A DNA stretch of 35,478 nucleotides from a virus (IMGVR_UViG_3300027518_000022:1-35478); one strand, 5' to 3'. Positions 1-8,411 are shown, numbered from the stretch's first letter. The notes: a model not told the origin generated them from the letters alone. Made by a program: numbers and translations.

Positions 1-104
1 CGGTTTGAGGCGTGGCAAATGATCGAGTGCATGGAGCGGAATCCAACTGCCTTTGAGACAAATCACCCGGGCGAGAATCAGATTATTGATCTCTCCGCAA
101 ACAC
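1..104. repeat. 104-bp exact direct repeat, copy 1 (copy 2 at 33507-33610)
   Basis: cggtttgagg...ctctccgcaaacac is identical at both places; the copies diverge immediately afterwards (taaagc vs ccaagc). Confidence 0.95.
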
Positions 105-132
105 TAAAGCGCAGGCAACCCAGCCCGAATGA
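1..132 (+). CDS. 5'-truncated second copy of the 33384..33626 hypothetical gene, with a different C-terminus (...SANTKAQATQPE*)
   Basis: Frame 1 translates RFEAWQMIECMERNPTAF...IIDLSANT, identical to ORF 33384. TGA at 130-132 overlaps ATG at 129. Confidence 0.8.
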   Translation, partial: RFEAWQMIECMERNPTAFETNHPGENQIIDLSANTKAQATQPE

Positions 133-196
133 CTGAGATGGAAAACAGAAACGACAAAGTAGAGGGCGGGGTTGCCGCTGCCGCGATTTGTTCGCA
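96..196 (-). mobile_element. attC-like recombination site 1
   Basis: CGCAAAC, 6 nt, arm gcgcaggcaacccagccc ... arm gggcggggttgccgctgccgc with unpaired extra bases, 5 nt, GTTCGCA. Confidence 0.8.
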
Positions 197-488
197 GAAG
201 CGAGCGACCCCGGACGCCCATCGCGCCATCACTCGCGGAGCCAACGAGTGTTGGTATCGGTTCGTGATCCGACAAAAGAATGAAGTCGAAAAGATGGAAC
301 TCGAACGGGACAGGCTCAGGGATGCAATCCCCCTGCTCCAGGACCTCGCTGTTTATTTTGGGGAATCGTGCTGTCATCCCTTGGCTGTGCGGGTCCGAGA
401 ATTTCTTTCTGCGAACACCGCAACGATGGCAGGCGATGAAATCGCCTTGCCATCCGTGCATGGTTCTGCGGCCCGAATTTCAGATTGA
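129..488 (+). CDS. Cassette-borne hypothetical protein (119 aa)
   Basis: ORF starts inside site 1 and runs through site 2; short coiled-coil-like stretch (EVEKMELERDRLRDAIPLLQDL). Confidence 0.65.
   Translation: MTEMENRNDKVEGGVAAAAICSQKRATPDAHRAITRGANECWYRFVIRQKNEVEKMELERDRLRDAIPLLQDLAVYFGESCCHPLAVRVREFLSANTATMAGDEIALPSVHGSAARISD
410..469 (-). mobile_element. attC-like recombination site 2 (60 bp)
   Basis: TGCGAAC, 6 nt, acgatggcaggcgat, GAA loop, atcgccTtgccatCcgt, 5 nt, GTTCTGC. ttctgcgaac (407-416) is the reverse complement of gttcgcagaa (190-199). Confidence 0.9.
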
Positions 489-523
489 ACCCTGTTACAC
501 GAAAGACCAAACCCTGTTGAATT

Positions 524-970
524 ATGACTGAAGAAGAACTGAAAAAAGAGCTAGGACTTGAGCGAGTCAGGAGAATAAAGGCTGAGAATGACGCTGTTTT
601 ACAGAGCATCCAAGTCGAGCTTTTAAAGCAGGATCTCGGGACCATTCGCCGAATCATTGGAAAGGGTGGAAGCGCCGTCGATGTTCTTGCGTTTCTCGAT
701 ACCCCTAATTCTTTCCTTCCAGGCGAAATCAACGAGGACGACGCCGACATGATCGCCAGAATCTCCGGCGCGGTAATTTCAAAAGACTGGCGAAAATTCG
801 CCGAACTCGTCGTCGAGGCTCCAGACATTGATGTAGTCGGGAAAGCAAACGTCGCGATCAAGTGGATTGCGGAGGCGGCGATTGAAAAGCTCGGAAACTC
901 CAGCCAATCCAGACACCTTGAGGGCATCGTCGATCTGGCGATCATCTCGGAAAGAAATTCCCGCCTTTAG
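524..970 (+). CDS. Cassette-borne hypothetical protein (148 aa)
   Basis: ORF track. The stop TAG overlaps GCAGAAC (970-976), the complement of GTTCTGC at 463-469. Confidence 0.75.
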   Translation: MTEEELKKELGLERVRRIKAENDAVLQSIQVELLKQDLGTIRRIIGKGGSAVDVLAFLDTPNSFLPGEINEDDADMIARISGAVISKDWRKFAELVVEAPDIDVVGKANVAIKWIAEAAIEKLGNSSQSRHLEGIVDLAIISERNSRL

Positions 971-1004
971 CAGAACACGCGTTAGCCACAAAAACTTGTT
1001 TGCG
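970..1004 (-). mobile_element. Terminal, non-attC (attI-like or primary insertion) site of the array
   Basis: GCAGAAC acgc GTTAGCC acaaaaactt GTTTGCG. There is no full attC stem; GTTTGCG is the complement of CGCAAAC at 96-102. Confidence 0.5.
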
Positions 1005-1014
1005 AATCCCAAGC

Positions 1015-1371
1015 ATGACCGACAAGACCTTCCACACCGATCTGGACGATGCGATCCTAGACGGGTGGCAAGGTCCGGTGATGCTGCCGATCAACGGCGG
1101 GGAGGTCCACGTTCACGGGCGTCGGTGTCATGTTCGGAATGCCCGACGCGTGGCCTTCCTGCGGTTTGCTATGGGCCGGGGCAGGCTGGTAGCCGAGGAA
1201 CTCATGAGCCTGCTCGACATGGCAACCGGTAGCCAGGTGCATCAGTTCCTGCGGCAGTTGCAGTTTCAGCTATCGGTCGAGAAGTCGCACATCAGGCTGC
1301 AGCTCATCATGGATGGCCGCAGAGGATACTGGGTGGCGTTTGACAAAAGGAAAGGCAATGAGCATGATTAA
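1015..1371 (+). CDS. Hypothetical protein
   Basis: ORF track 1000..1371; ATG at 1015 preferred (MTDKTF...). Confidence 0.6.
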   Translation: MTDKTFHTDLDDAILDGWQGPVMLPINGGEVHVHGRRCHVRNARRVAFLRFAMGRGRLVAEELMSLLDMATGSQVHQFLRQLQFQLSVEKSHIRLQLIMDGRRGYWVAFDKRKGNEHD

Positions 1372-1651
1372 CAACCCCAAAGGGCAAAGGCGTAGGATTA
1401 GCCACCTGCCGTCACGCACGATAGCCAACGAGGTTGACGGCTCCTCGTCTAGGCGAAATCCCGCTCGTCACAACGGGCGTGGACATCGTGCGACCGGGAA
1501 GGGACACTTTAAAAGCCGAGGCGCTAGCTATGCCCTAAACCATTCGCCAGACGCGCCACGGCACTTAGCTGGATGCTGCGGCTGCACTGGATGCGCCATG
1601 TTGCTGGTCATCGGCGCGATCATTCTAACGCTGCTGATGATGGCAGCTTAA
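1358..1651 (+). CDS. Hypothetical protein with C-terminal hydrophobic segment
   Basis: Fills the gap between neighbouring genes and ends GCAMLLVIGAIILTLLMMAA; start uncertain. Confidence 0.35.
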   Translation: MSMINNPKGQRRRISHLPSRTIANEVDGSSSRRNPARHNGRGHRATGKGHFKSRGASYALNHSPDAPRHLAGCCGCTGCAMLLVIGAIILTLLMMAA

Positions 1652-1662
1652 CCAACCAACAT

Positions 1663-1902
1663 ATGAACCAAACAAAGAAACGAGGACGACCTGCCAAGGT
1701 CAGGCAAGAGCAGAGCATCGAGGCGGAAGCTGCGACGGATGAACCCGAGATCGAGATTGAGGCGCGGCCTGTCGAGGATGACGGCGTGACGCTTGTGCGC
1801 CGTGTTGAGATGGAGATTGGGAGGACGAGTAACGCATGGGGCATGGTGGATCCGCTTGAGCTGATTGATGCAGTGAGGCGGGTGATCGCGCATCGTTATT
1901 GA
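1663..1902 (+). CDS. Hypothetical protein with N-terminal KKRGRP motif
   Basis: ATG at 1663 after an A/C-rich leader; MNQTKKRGRPAK followed by an acidic stretch. Confidence 0.65.
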   Translation: MNQTKKRGRPAKVRQEQSIEAEAATDEPEIEIEARPVEDDGVTLVRRVEMEIGRTSNAWGMVDPLELIDAVRRVIAHRY

Positions 1903-1988
1903 GATTAGCTAATGAGATTGGCAGTCAAGCAATAGCGCCTTCATGCCCGTGCCAAAGGATCGCGCCATGCATAAGTCGTTGATTTTAC

Positions 1989-2032
1989 GGGTCCCTCTGG
2001 CGCTATATCTCCTAACAGGGTCGGCGCGACCC
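1989..2032 (+). other. Putative cos site (cosQ-like GGGTCCC plus cosN-like GGGTCGGCGCGACCC)
   Basis: Lies in the largest non-coding gap. TTTACGGGTCC, then 22 nt, then palindrome GGGTCG-gcg-CGACCC; resembles lambda cosQ (GGGTCCT) and cosN (GGGCGGCGACCT) in sequence and spacing. Confidence 0.55.
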
Positions 2033-2202
2033 CTTTTCCTAGTCGCAACAACCCCTAAAAGGGACACCAGACCGACCCTCTGTTGAGACTAGCCCAAAAT
2101 GCGGCCCATTTGCGACCTGCTCGACCGTCTAGGCGAGCCTCCCTCATCTGTTACCGTTTTCGGCATCAGTTTACTGATCTAGACATTCCCGAAAAAATCC
2201 TC

Positions 2203-2237
2203 TTGCGTTTCGTTTTCGTTTTGTGGTGTCTCTCGCA
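2203..2237 (+). promoter_or_regulatory. Putative late promoter motif of the capsid operon
   Basis: TTG at 2203, CGTTTTGTGG at 2217, ATG at 2238. Confidence 0.75.
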
Positions 2238-4232
2238 ATGTCGAAAGGCACTTCCAAACAATTCGCGCCGCAGGTCCGTTCCTTCGACCTGTCACGCTCC
2301 TCGCTCGACGAGGACGAGCGCACTGTCGACGTCATCTTCTCGACCGAAACCGATGAAGTCGAGCGCTCCTGGGGCGTCGAAATTCTGGACCACGGCGCAA
2401 AGTCCGTTCGACTCAAGCGCCTAAACAATTCCGCGCCCTTGCTGCTCGATCACGATCCTCGCGAGCAAGTCGGAGTCATCGAGTCCGCACGCATCAACGG
2501 CAAGACCGGAGCCGCGACTGTCCGCTTTTCCCGCTCGGCAAAGGGCGAGGAAATCTTCCAGGACGTTAAGGACGGGATCCGCTCCAAAATCTCCGTTGGC
2601 TATCGCGTCCATGCCCTCGTCATGGAAAAGCGGGACAAAATGACCGGCAAAGAAACCTACCGCGTCATGGATTGGGAGCCTTTCGAGGTTTCCCTTGTCT
2701 CCATTCCGGCAGACGACAATGCCGGTGTCCGCGATGCCGCATCAATTTTTGGCCAACGCGCCGCTGAACTCTCAACCTCCATCACCATGGAAAACCAAGA
2801 CCAAGACACCCAAGAACGCGCCGACAACGCAACGGCTCCCGCTGCGATCGCTCCGGCGGAAACCAAAAACGAAGTCCGCGCCGCCGCTGAGGTGGAACGG
2901 GAACTGAACAAGCTTCAAGTCGCCCAACTCGCGAAGGAAGAAGCGGCTCGCGCAATCGCCGAAGATCGCAAGCGTGCTGCCGAAATTACCGAATGCGGTA
3001 ATGGATTCCGCCGCAACCAGGCTGAAATCACCAAGGCCATCGAAAGCGGCCTCTCGATTGACGACTACAAGCGCCAACTCCTCGATTCTATGAAAACCGA
3101 AAACCCCGCCTATTCCGCAGGTCGCGTGGAAGTCATCAGCGAGCCTATCAAGAAGGGCAGCCGCCAATACCTTCAAACCACCTGGGCCGAAAACGCAAAG
3201 CGCGCTCTCGGTCAACGCGGCCAGAACATCGTCATCCCTTCCTACGCTGAGTCTCGCGAGTTCTCGCGCAACTACATCGGTGGCGCCCAAACTCCCTTCC
3301 ATCGCTCCATGACCGGATCGGTGACGCTTGTGGACAAGCTCGCCATTGACGAAGGCATCGGCGCTCCCATCGTGGAAGAAGTCGTCTCGCTTTATCCCGA
3401 AATCGCAGTCTTCCCGGTCGATACCATTTCCGGCGACACCGTGACGCTCTCTATCGAAACTGGCAATCCCTCCGTCGGATACCGGAATGCGAACGAAGGA
3501 ACGAGCGCGAAGAAGGGAACTTTCGCCTCGCGCATCTTCCAAACCTCGATCATCGAGCAGTTTATCAACGTGGACATCCAAGGCGTTCTTAATGCCAGCA
3601 AGGATCCCGCTCGCGTGTTGACCGCCGAAGCTCGCAGCGTCACTAAGGCTGTCCTTAGCCACATCGCATTTCAGCAGTGGTATGCTGGCACGACTCAAGC
3701 GTCTGCCGACACCAAGGCCAGCCCCGGCTTCCTCGCTCAGTCCAACAGCGCCGCGACTCACGTTGTCGATGCTACCGGCTCCACCGCCAAGACTTCGGTC
3801 TGGATCATGGAACTCGGCCAAGGCTCCTGCGATCACCTCTACGGCAACGACAACACTCTTCTCTTCGGCGAAGATTGGACCGAAGAAACCGCTGACGATG
3901 CAAGTGGCAACAGCCTCCGCGTTCTCCAGAACTGGATCTCGGGTCGCGTTGCTCCTCGCCTCGCGAACAAAAACTCGGCCATCCGCATCAAGAACATCGG
4001 CACGGATTCCGGCAAGGGTCTCACCGATCTTCTCCTTGCGAAGGCATTCCGCCAAGCTCGCGAACTGGGTATGAATCCCAACGCGATCTTCGCAACGCCT
4101 CGCTCGATTGAGCAGCTCCAAGTCAGCCGCACCACCTACTCGCCCATCGGCGCTCCTGCTCCGATGCCGGAAGAGTATCAGGGTGTTCCGATTTATCAAA
4201 CCATCAACCTCTCCAACGCTGAGACGGTCTGA
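2238..4232 (+). CDS. Prohead protease - major capsid protein fusion (HK97-type)
   Basis: N-terminal protease motifs (VDVIFSTET, PLLLDHD, ISVGY, EPFEVSLVSIPAD), a coiled-coil scaffold region, then a capsid-sized C-terminal domain ending EEYQGVPIY. Confidence 0.9.
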   Translation: MSKGTSKQFAPQVRSFDLSRSSLDEDERTVDVIFSTETDEVERSWGVEILDHGAKSVRLKRLNNSAPLLLDHDPREQVGVIESARINGKTGAATVRFSRSAKGEEIFQDVKDGIRSKISVGYRVHALVMEKRDKMTGKETYRVMDWEPFEVSLVSIPADDNAGVRDAASIFGQRAAELSTSITMENQDQDTQERADNATAPAAIAPAETKNEVRAAAEVERELNKLQVAQLAKEEAARAIAEDRKRAAEITECGNGFRRNQAEITKAIESGLSIDDYKRQLLDSMKTENPAYSAGRVEVISEPIKKGSRQYLQTTWAENAKRALGQRGQNIVIPSYAESREFSRNYIGGAQTPFHRSMTGSVTLVDKLAIDEGIGAPIVEEVVSLYPEIAVFPVDTISGDTVTLSIETGNPSVGYRNANEGTSAKKGTFASRIFQTSIIEQFINVDIQGVLNASKDPARVLTAEARSVTKAVLSHIAFQQWYAGTTQASADTKASPGFLAQSNSAATHVVDATGSTAKTSVWIMELGQGSCDHLYGNDNTLLFGEDWTEETADDASGNSLRVLQNWISGRVAPRLANKNSAIRIKNIGTDSGKGLTDLLLAKAFRQARELGMNPNAIFATPRSIEQLQVSRTTYSPIGAPAPMPEEYQGVPIYQTINLSNAETV

Positions 4233-4268
4233 TTCAAACTGAACTGACAACCCCAACTACCTACGACC

Positions 4269-4673
4269 ATGTCACAAAAAGTGAATCGCCGAAACAAGGT
4301 TGACGCTCTCTTGACCGTCACTAAAGCCCTCCCCGCCGCCGATGCGAACAACGATACCGACGAAATCTACGTCGGCCCCGCTGGACCGCATCGCGAAGGC
4401 ATGAAGCTCCGCGCCTCGTGGCCTGCCAACACCGTCCTCGTGGCCACCAAGCTCCTGACGCTCACGCTCAAGAGTGGTGCGACTGGCGCTCTGGCAGCTG
4501 AAACCGATCCGACTGCCACCTACGTCATCACCGGAGATACCGGTTTCGCCGCTGGCTACGTCGATTTCGAGCTTGGCCAAAATGTCGGTGAGTATGTCGC
4601 CGTCAATCAGGCCGTCGAAACTGGTGGTGGTTCCAACATCGCGACCAGCTTCACCTACTCGATTGTTTGCTAA
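4269..4673 (+). CDS. Putative capsid decoration/cement protein
   Basis: 134 aa beta-rich protein directly after the capsid gene; positional inference. Confidence 0.5.
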   Translation: MSQKVNRRNKVDALLTVTKALPAADANNDTDEIYVGPAGPHREGMKLRASWPANTVLVATKLLTLTLKSGATGALAAETDPTATYVITGDTGFAAGYVDFELGQNVGEYVAVNQAVETGGGSNIATSFTYSIVC

Positions 4674-4685
4674 CAATCCCGCCCC

Positions 4686-4931
4686 ATGCCCGCAGTAAAT
4701 TCAGAAGCGAAAGCCGATGACGCACCGGGGGAGGTTCCGCCTCTTCCCTCCCCTGGTGCGACTGCGGATCGGGTTAATCGCATCCAGCGCATCGTTGACA
4801 TTGTTGAAATGCTCAGCGGAACGCAGGACCAAGAGACGGTCATTGAGGACGAGCGGAAAAACCTCACGGCATTCGTTGCCGAAGGTCTGGACGCCGCCCT
4901 AACCGCCAAAGTCAAAGCCATCCTAAAATGA
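4686..4931 (+). CDS. Hypothetical protein (head operon)
   Basis: ORF track; ATGA overlap with the next gene. Confidence 0.6.
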   Translation: MPAVNSEAKADDAPGEVPPLPSPGATADRVNRIQRIVDIVEMLSGTQDQETVIEDERKNLTAFVAEGLDAALTAKVKAILK

Positions 4932-5227
4932 GCTATGCGACCCTCGATCATCAAGCTGCTCTTGCCGATCTGATCGCATTTGAAGGCAAGATGATTGAAA
5001 TCGACGGCGTCAAGATGAGGGCAATTATCGAACAAGGCGACACCTCCTTTGAGGCCAGTGAATTCGGAATCGACAACCGCGAAAGCACGCTCACCGCTAC
5101 GATCTTAAACAGAGGCACGACGCCGCGCAAACAAGCGCCCGTTTTTTACCAAGGGCAAAAATATCGCATCACGGCAATCAAGCCAGAGGGCGAACGAATC
5201 CTTTCCATTGATCTGACAAATGATTGA
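4928..5227 (+). CDS. Putative head-tail joining (head closure) protein
   Basis: 99 aa beta-rich protein with GQKYRITAIKPEG pattern, FII-like position. Confidence 0.6.
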   Translation: MSYATLDHQAALADLIAFEGKMIEIDGVKMRAIIEQGDTSFEASEFGIDNRESTLTATILNRGTTPRKQAPVFYQGQKYRITAIKPEGERILSIDLTND

Positions 5228-5633
5228 CACCACCCCAGACCTCGCAGAGCGAGTCGAGGATAGCATCGCGCGGGTTTTCCGTGATGCCTTCCCTGGTATT
5301 GTCATCGCCACATCCAGCAAGCCCGAGGAGCGTGTTGGAACGTCCATCGGCATCAAAGCCGAGACCGGAGCAGAGGAGCCAATCGGAACGAACATGTTCC
5401 CCATTTCCATCGACATCGAGACGCGCAACCTAGATGCACAACAGCGCGAACTGATGCGCGAAATGATCGGCAATGCCGACTCTGCCAAGCAGACGGTTTC
5501 CGCCTACTCTGCTAAATCCTTTTCCATGCCGCGAGGCCAAGCCGTCGAAATGATCGGCGCACCTCGCACGGTCGAGAACGAAAACGACCGCATCATCACC
5601 TATTCTCTTGTCGCCACAATCCAACCCATCTGA
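5220..5633 (+). CDS. Putative tail terminator/completion protein
   Basis: 137 aa, directly before the tail tube gene; positional inference. Confidence 0.5.
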   Translation: MIDTTPDLAERVEDSIARVFRDAFPGIVIATSSKPEERVGTSIGIKAETGAEEPIGTNMFPISIDIETRNLDAQQRELMREMIGNADSAKQTVSAYSAKSFSMPRGQAVEMIGAPRTVENENDRIITYSLVATIQPI

Positions 5634-5636
5634 GCC

Positions 5637-6017
5637 ATGCCAACTCCCACTTTTGTATCTGCAACCAACTTCGTAAAAGGCGTAGCTAGCGCCGAAACCG
5701 CGATCAACATTTCGGACTTCCGCCAAGGCTGGACGAATGAAAAGATTTTCATCGAAGACAAAGGCGGATCGCCCACGGGTTTCGTCTACAACTTCCTGAC
5801 TGCAACGACCTGCACCATTACCGGTGAGGTCAATACTGCCGCTCTTAACGGCGTGCTTGAAGTCGCTTTCGGAACCGCCGAAGTCATCGCAAATTCCGTG
5901 TCTGGCTACGGCATCACCACGGGCGGCTTTTACATGGATGACATCGAGATCAGTCAATCGCGAGGCGCTCTGGCCACGGCCACGGTGAACTTTACCAAGC
6001 ATCCTGATATCAACTGA
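5637..6017 (+). CDS. Putative major tail tube protein
   Basis: Thr/Gly-rich beta protein ending GFYMDDIEISQSRGALATATVNF; lies upstream of the chaperone pair. Confidence 0.65.
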   Translation: MPTPTFVSATNFVKGVASAETAINISDFRQGWTNEKIFIEDKGGSPTGFVYNFLTATTCTITGEVNTAALNGVLEVAFGTAEVIANSVSGYGITTGGFYMDDIEISQSRGALATATVNFTKHPDIN

Positions 6018-6019
6018 GG

Positions 6020-6700
6020 ATGAGCGAACTAAAAGGGGCGGGAGTTAATATCATCCCAACGCAATGTCCGCGCTTCTTCGCGGCTTGTGTCACTGCTGGC
6101 GTCGAGCTTGAACCTGGAACTCCAGGCGTCTCTAACGTCTATTCTAAGGGTGTCACCTACGATCCCGACGAGCCGGGAACGATCAGTTATCACCTCGACA
6201 ACAAGACCGTCGGCCCTTTGTCACTCGCCAAAGTTTGGCGGGATCCCTCGCAAGACATGACAGAGGCCGCAGCCCTGCCTGCACGAATGATCAGCGCAAG
6301 GACCGAAGACGATTGGCAAAGCATCGCCGACGACCTAGAGCTCCTTCACGTTTACTGTGCCATTGCCCACATCAAGTCCTTCGCGGACGGCAAATTCGCA
6401 ATCGGAATGCGTTCCGTGACCGACGAGGAGGAGCGTGCCGCTAAAATGCTCTCAGACATGCCTGATACGATCCGCAATGCCACAGGCAGACGCAACGGCG
6501 GAAGGATCGCTGAACGATTTGACGCCATCTGGATGCCTGCCATGTTTGCATGGGTGAAAGCATGGGTGGCCAATTACCTAGAGCTGAAAGACATCTGGAA
6601 AGCTGCGAATCCCGCCATCAAGATTGAGCGCGAAGGTTTTCCCCTCGTTATCCCAAAGGGGCCGCAATTTGAGAAACTAGCCCGTCGTTGGGTCAAATAA
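6020..6700 (+). CDS. Hypothetical protein (tail operon)
   Basis: 226 aa ORF packed tightly between neighbours. Confidence 0.7.
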   Translation: MSELKGAGVNIIPTQCPRFFAACVTAGVELEPGTPGVSNVYSKGVTYDPDEPGTISYHLDNKTVGPLSLAKVWRDPSQDMTEAAALPARMISARTEDDWQSIADDLELLHVYCAIAHIKSFADGKFAIGMRSVTDEEERAAKMLSDMPDTIRNATGRRNGGRIAERFDAIWMPAMFAWVKAWVANYLELKDIWKAANPAIKIEREGFPLVIPKGPQFEKLARRWVK

Positions 6701-6713
6701 CCAAAAAAGAAGC

Positions 6714-7169
6714 ATGAGCGAAATAACCATCGAAGACATCGAAAAAGAGAACAGCGTCACGCCTGACATCGTGGCCGCACGTAGCCGATCCTATCAATTC
6801 AAGGGCAAACCCCTAAAGCCCTTTTCCAAATCCCGCTCGACTGCGGCGCGTTGCATGGGAAACTCGCTTTTCCTTGGACGCGCAAAACCGGACGAAAACG
6901 GAGTCTGGGACCAAATCACGCTCGACTCGATCATGGTGGTCTGGCTCTGCTCTGTCGAGGATTCCCGCGTTGCTCGCGCCTGCCTTAATCGCGATCAGGC
7001 GATCATTGAGATGATGGCATGGTGGGACAAAGAAGGAGGAGAAATCGGAGGCGCGGAGGAGATCGAGGCCGTGCAACTGCTCAACATGATCTGCGAGGAC
7101 ATCCAGACCGTCTCTGCATCCGTCGAATCGCCATCGGGTGGCCGTGACACCTCCAACGTGGGGGAGTAA
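6714..7169 (+). CDS. Tail assembly chaperone (gpG-like)
   Basis: Acidic 151 aa protein ending at slippery GGGGGAG just before the stop. Confidence 0.65.
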   Translation: MSEITIEDIEKENSVTPDIVAARSRSYQFKGKPLKPFSKSRSTAARCMGNSLFLGRAKPDENGVWDQITLDSIMVVWLCSVEDSRVARACLNRDQAIIEMMAWWDKEGGEIGGAEEIEAVQLLNMICEDIQTVSASVESPSGGRDTSNVGE

Positions 7170-7384
7170 TCGGGAGCGATGCCGACTACGTTTCGACCGT
7201 AGCGGCAAAGCTCCCCGGCCAGACTTGGGCATATTACATGGACGAACTGCCGCTCTGCATTGGGATGCAACTACGCAACGCAGATCTTTTCGAGCGCGGC
7301 TGCGACATCGTGCCACCAGGCAGGAGCGCATCGGCAAAGATGCGGGAGATCCTTGGCGAACACGCGGATGCGTGGTTTAGTTAA
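7163..7384 (+). CDS. -1 frameshift extension of the tail chaperone (gpT-like)
   Basis: Open -1 frame GVIGSDADYVSTVAAKLPGQTWAYYMDELPLCIGMQLRNA...DAWFS* fills the gap to the ATG at 7387; absent from the ORF track. Confidence 0.7.
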   Translation, partial: GVIGSDADYVSTVAAKLPGQTWAYYMDELPLCIGMQLRNADLFERGCDIVPPGRSASAKMREILGEHADAWFS

Positions 7385-7386
7385 GC

Positions 7387-7944
7387 ATGGACAAGGTAAC
7401 CGCATCCGTTGACACCCGTGAGTTTATGGCCGCTTTGCAGGCATACGAGAAAGAATCCTCGCGTGACCTAAAAACGGTCGTCAAATCAACAGCAATCGAC
7501 GTTGCCTTTAAAGCGAATCAATCGGCAGCGGCAGCAAAGAAAGGAGCAATCCCAAGTCTAAAAACCGGACTCTACAATGCCTTGGCCGCAAAGGCCGGAT
7601 TCACTCGCGGTAAAGGAAACCAAAAGGAAGCCGAGCGCCTTTATAATCGCCGCATTTCCGCGATCAAATACAGCAAATCTCTGTTTCTCAAGATGGCGCA
7701 GGATCTCGGCGCAAAGGTCGCATCGCTCCGCAAAAAGATTGAAAATGCAGGGGCCGAAGACAAAAGCACCGTTTTGATTCCAGCGATCGAACTCTCGATT
7801 CAAGGCGTTGACATTAACCACGCCAATCAAGTCCTAAGCCAAGCATTGCAGGAGGGCGTCAACAAAAGCGCAGCCAAGATGCAGAAAAGAATCGAAGATA
7901 AAATTGCCAAACGCGCCCAAGCTCACTCAGGAACTCGACGGTAA
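7387..7944 (+). CDS. Putative neck/tail completion protein
   Basis: Basic 185 aa helical protein (VDTREFMAALQAY...) in the virion operon. Confidence 0.5.
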   Translation: MDKVTASVDTREFMAALQAYEKESSRDLKTVVKSTAIDVAFKANQSAAAAKKGAIPSLKTGLYNALAAKAGFTRGKGNQKEAERLYNRRISAIKYSKSLFLKMAQDLGAKVASLRKKIENAGAEDKSTVLIPAIELSIQGVDINHANQVLSQALQEGVNKSAAKMQKRIEDKIAKRAQAHSGTRR

Positions 7945-8357
7945 TGCAACGCTTCTCAATCAAGCAGCTCTCTTCGATGTTTCGCACGAATCGCGAGACA
8001 GTCGAGAAACGCGCCTCGCACCTAGGGCTGAAATACGAGGATGGAGACAATGGAGCAAAGCTCTACGACATCTTTGAAATCGCACAGCTTCGCCCTCCAC
8101 CAGCCCGTAGTGAAGGGGCAATGTCCTTGGAGGAGGCGAGGACGCGAGAGGCTACAGCACGCGCAGAGGGGCTGGAAATGGACAACGCGCGGAAGAGACG
8201 GGAACTTGCCAACGTGGACGAGCTGATGGCGGCTCAGAATGTCCTTTTCGACGAGATTGCGGCCATCGTGAAGAAGTCGAAGATGACAGAGCCGGAAAAG
8301 GAGGATTGTCTGAGCGTCATTTCCTCAGTGCCTCGGAAATGCTGGGGCGAGTTTTAA
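7944..8357 (+). CDS. Terminase small subunit (Nu1-like)
   Basis: N-terminal winged HTH (SIKQLSSMFRTNRETV...KLYD) followed by the coiled coil LEEARTREATARAEGLEMDNARKRREL, typical of lambda gpNu1. Confidence 0.75.
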   Translation: MQRFSIKQLSSMFRTNRETVEKRASHLGLKYEDGDNGAKLYDIFEIAQLRPPPARSEGAMSLEEARTREATARAEGLEMDNARKRRELANVDELMAAQNVLFDEIAAIVKKSKMTEPEKEDCLSVISSVPRKCWGEF

Positions 8358-8383
8358 GGGAGAAAAAAAGTTACATTTGACCG

Positions 8384-8411
8384 TTGACTTGGTGAAACTT
8401 TAAGTTACACT
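8384..8411 (+). promoter_or_regulatory. Sigma70-type promoter with overlapping palindromic operator
   Basis: TTGACT-16 nt-TACACT; inverted repeat GTGAAACTT-t-AAGTTACAC (8392-8410); ATG 6 nt after the -10. Confidence 0.65.

Noticed and set aside
1-104. Physical direct terminal repeat of the virion DNA
   Set aside because: The second copy is internal (1.87 kb from the window end) and mid-gene, and the terminase and cos-like site point to cohesive ends.
410-469. Hairpins as simple rho-independent terminators
   Set aside because: No U-tract follows the short hairpins, ORFs read through them, and the AAC/GTT cores, asymmetric spacers and positioned bulges need another explanation.
2772-4256. Long antisense ORFs (494 aa here; also 9172..10188 and 11946..12611)
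   Set aside because: Shadows of strongly codon-biased genes on the opposite strand, with no motifs of their own.
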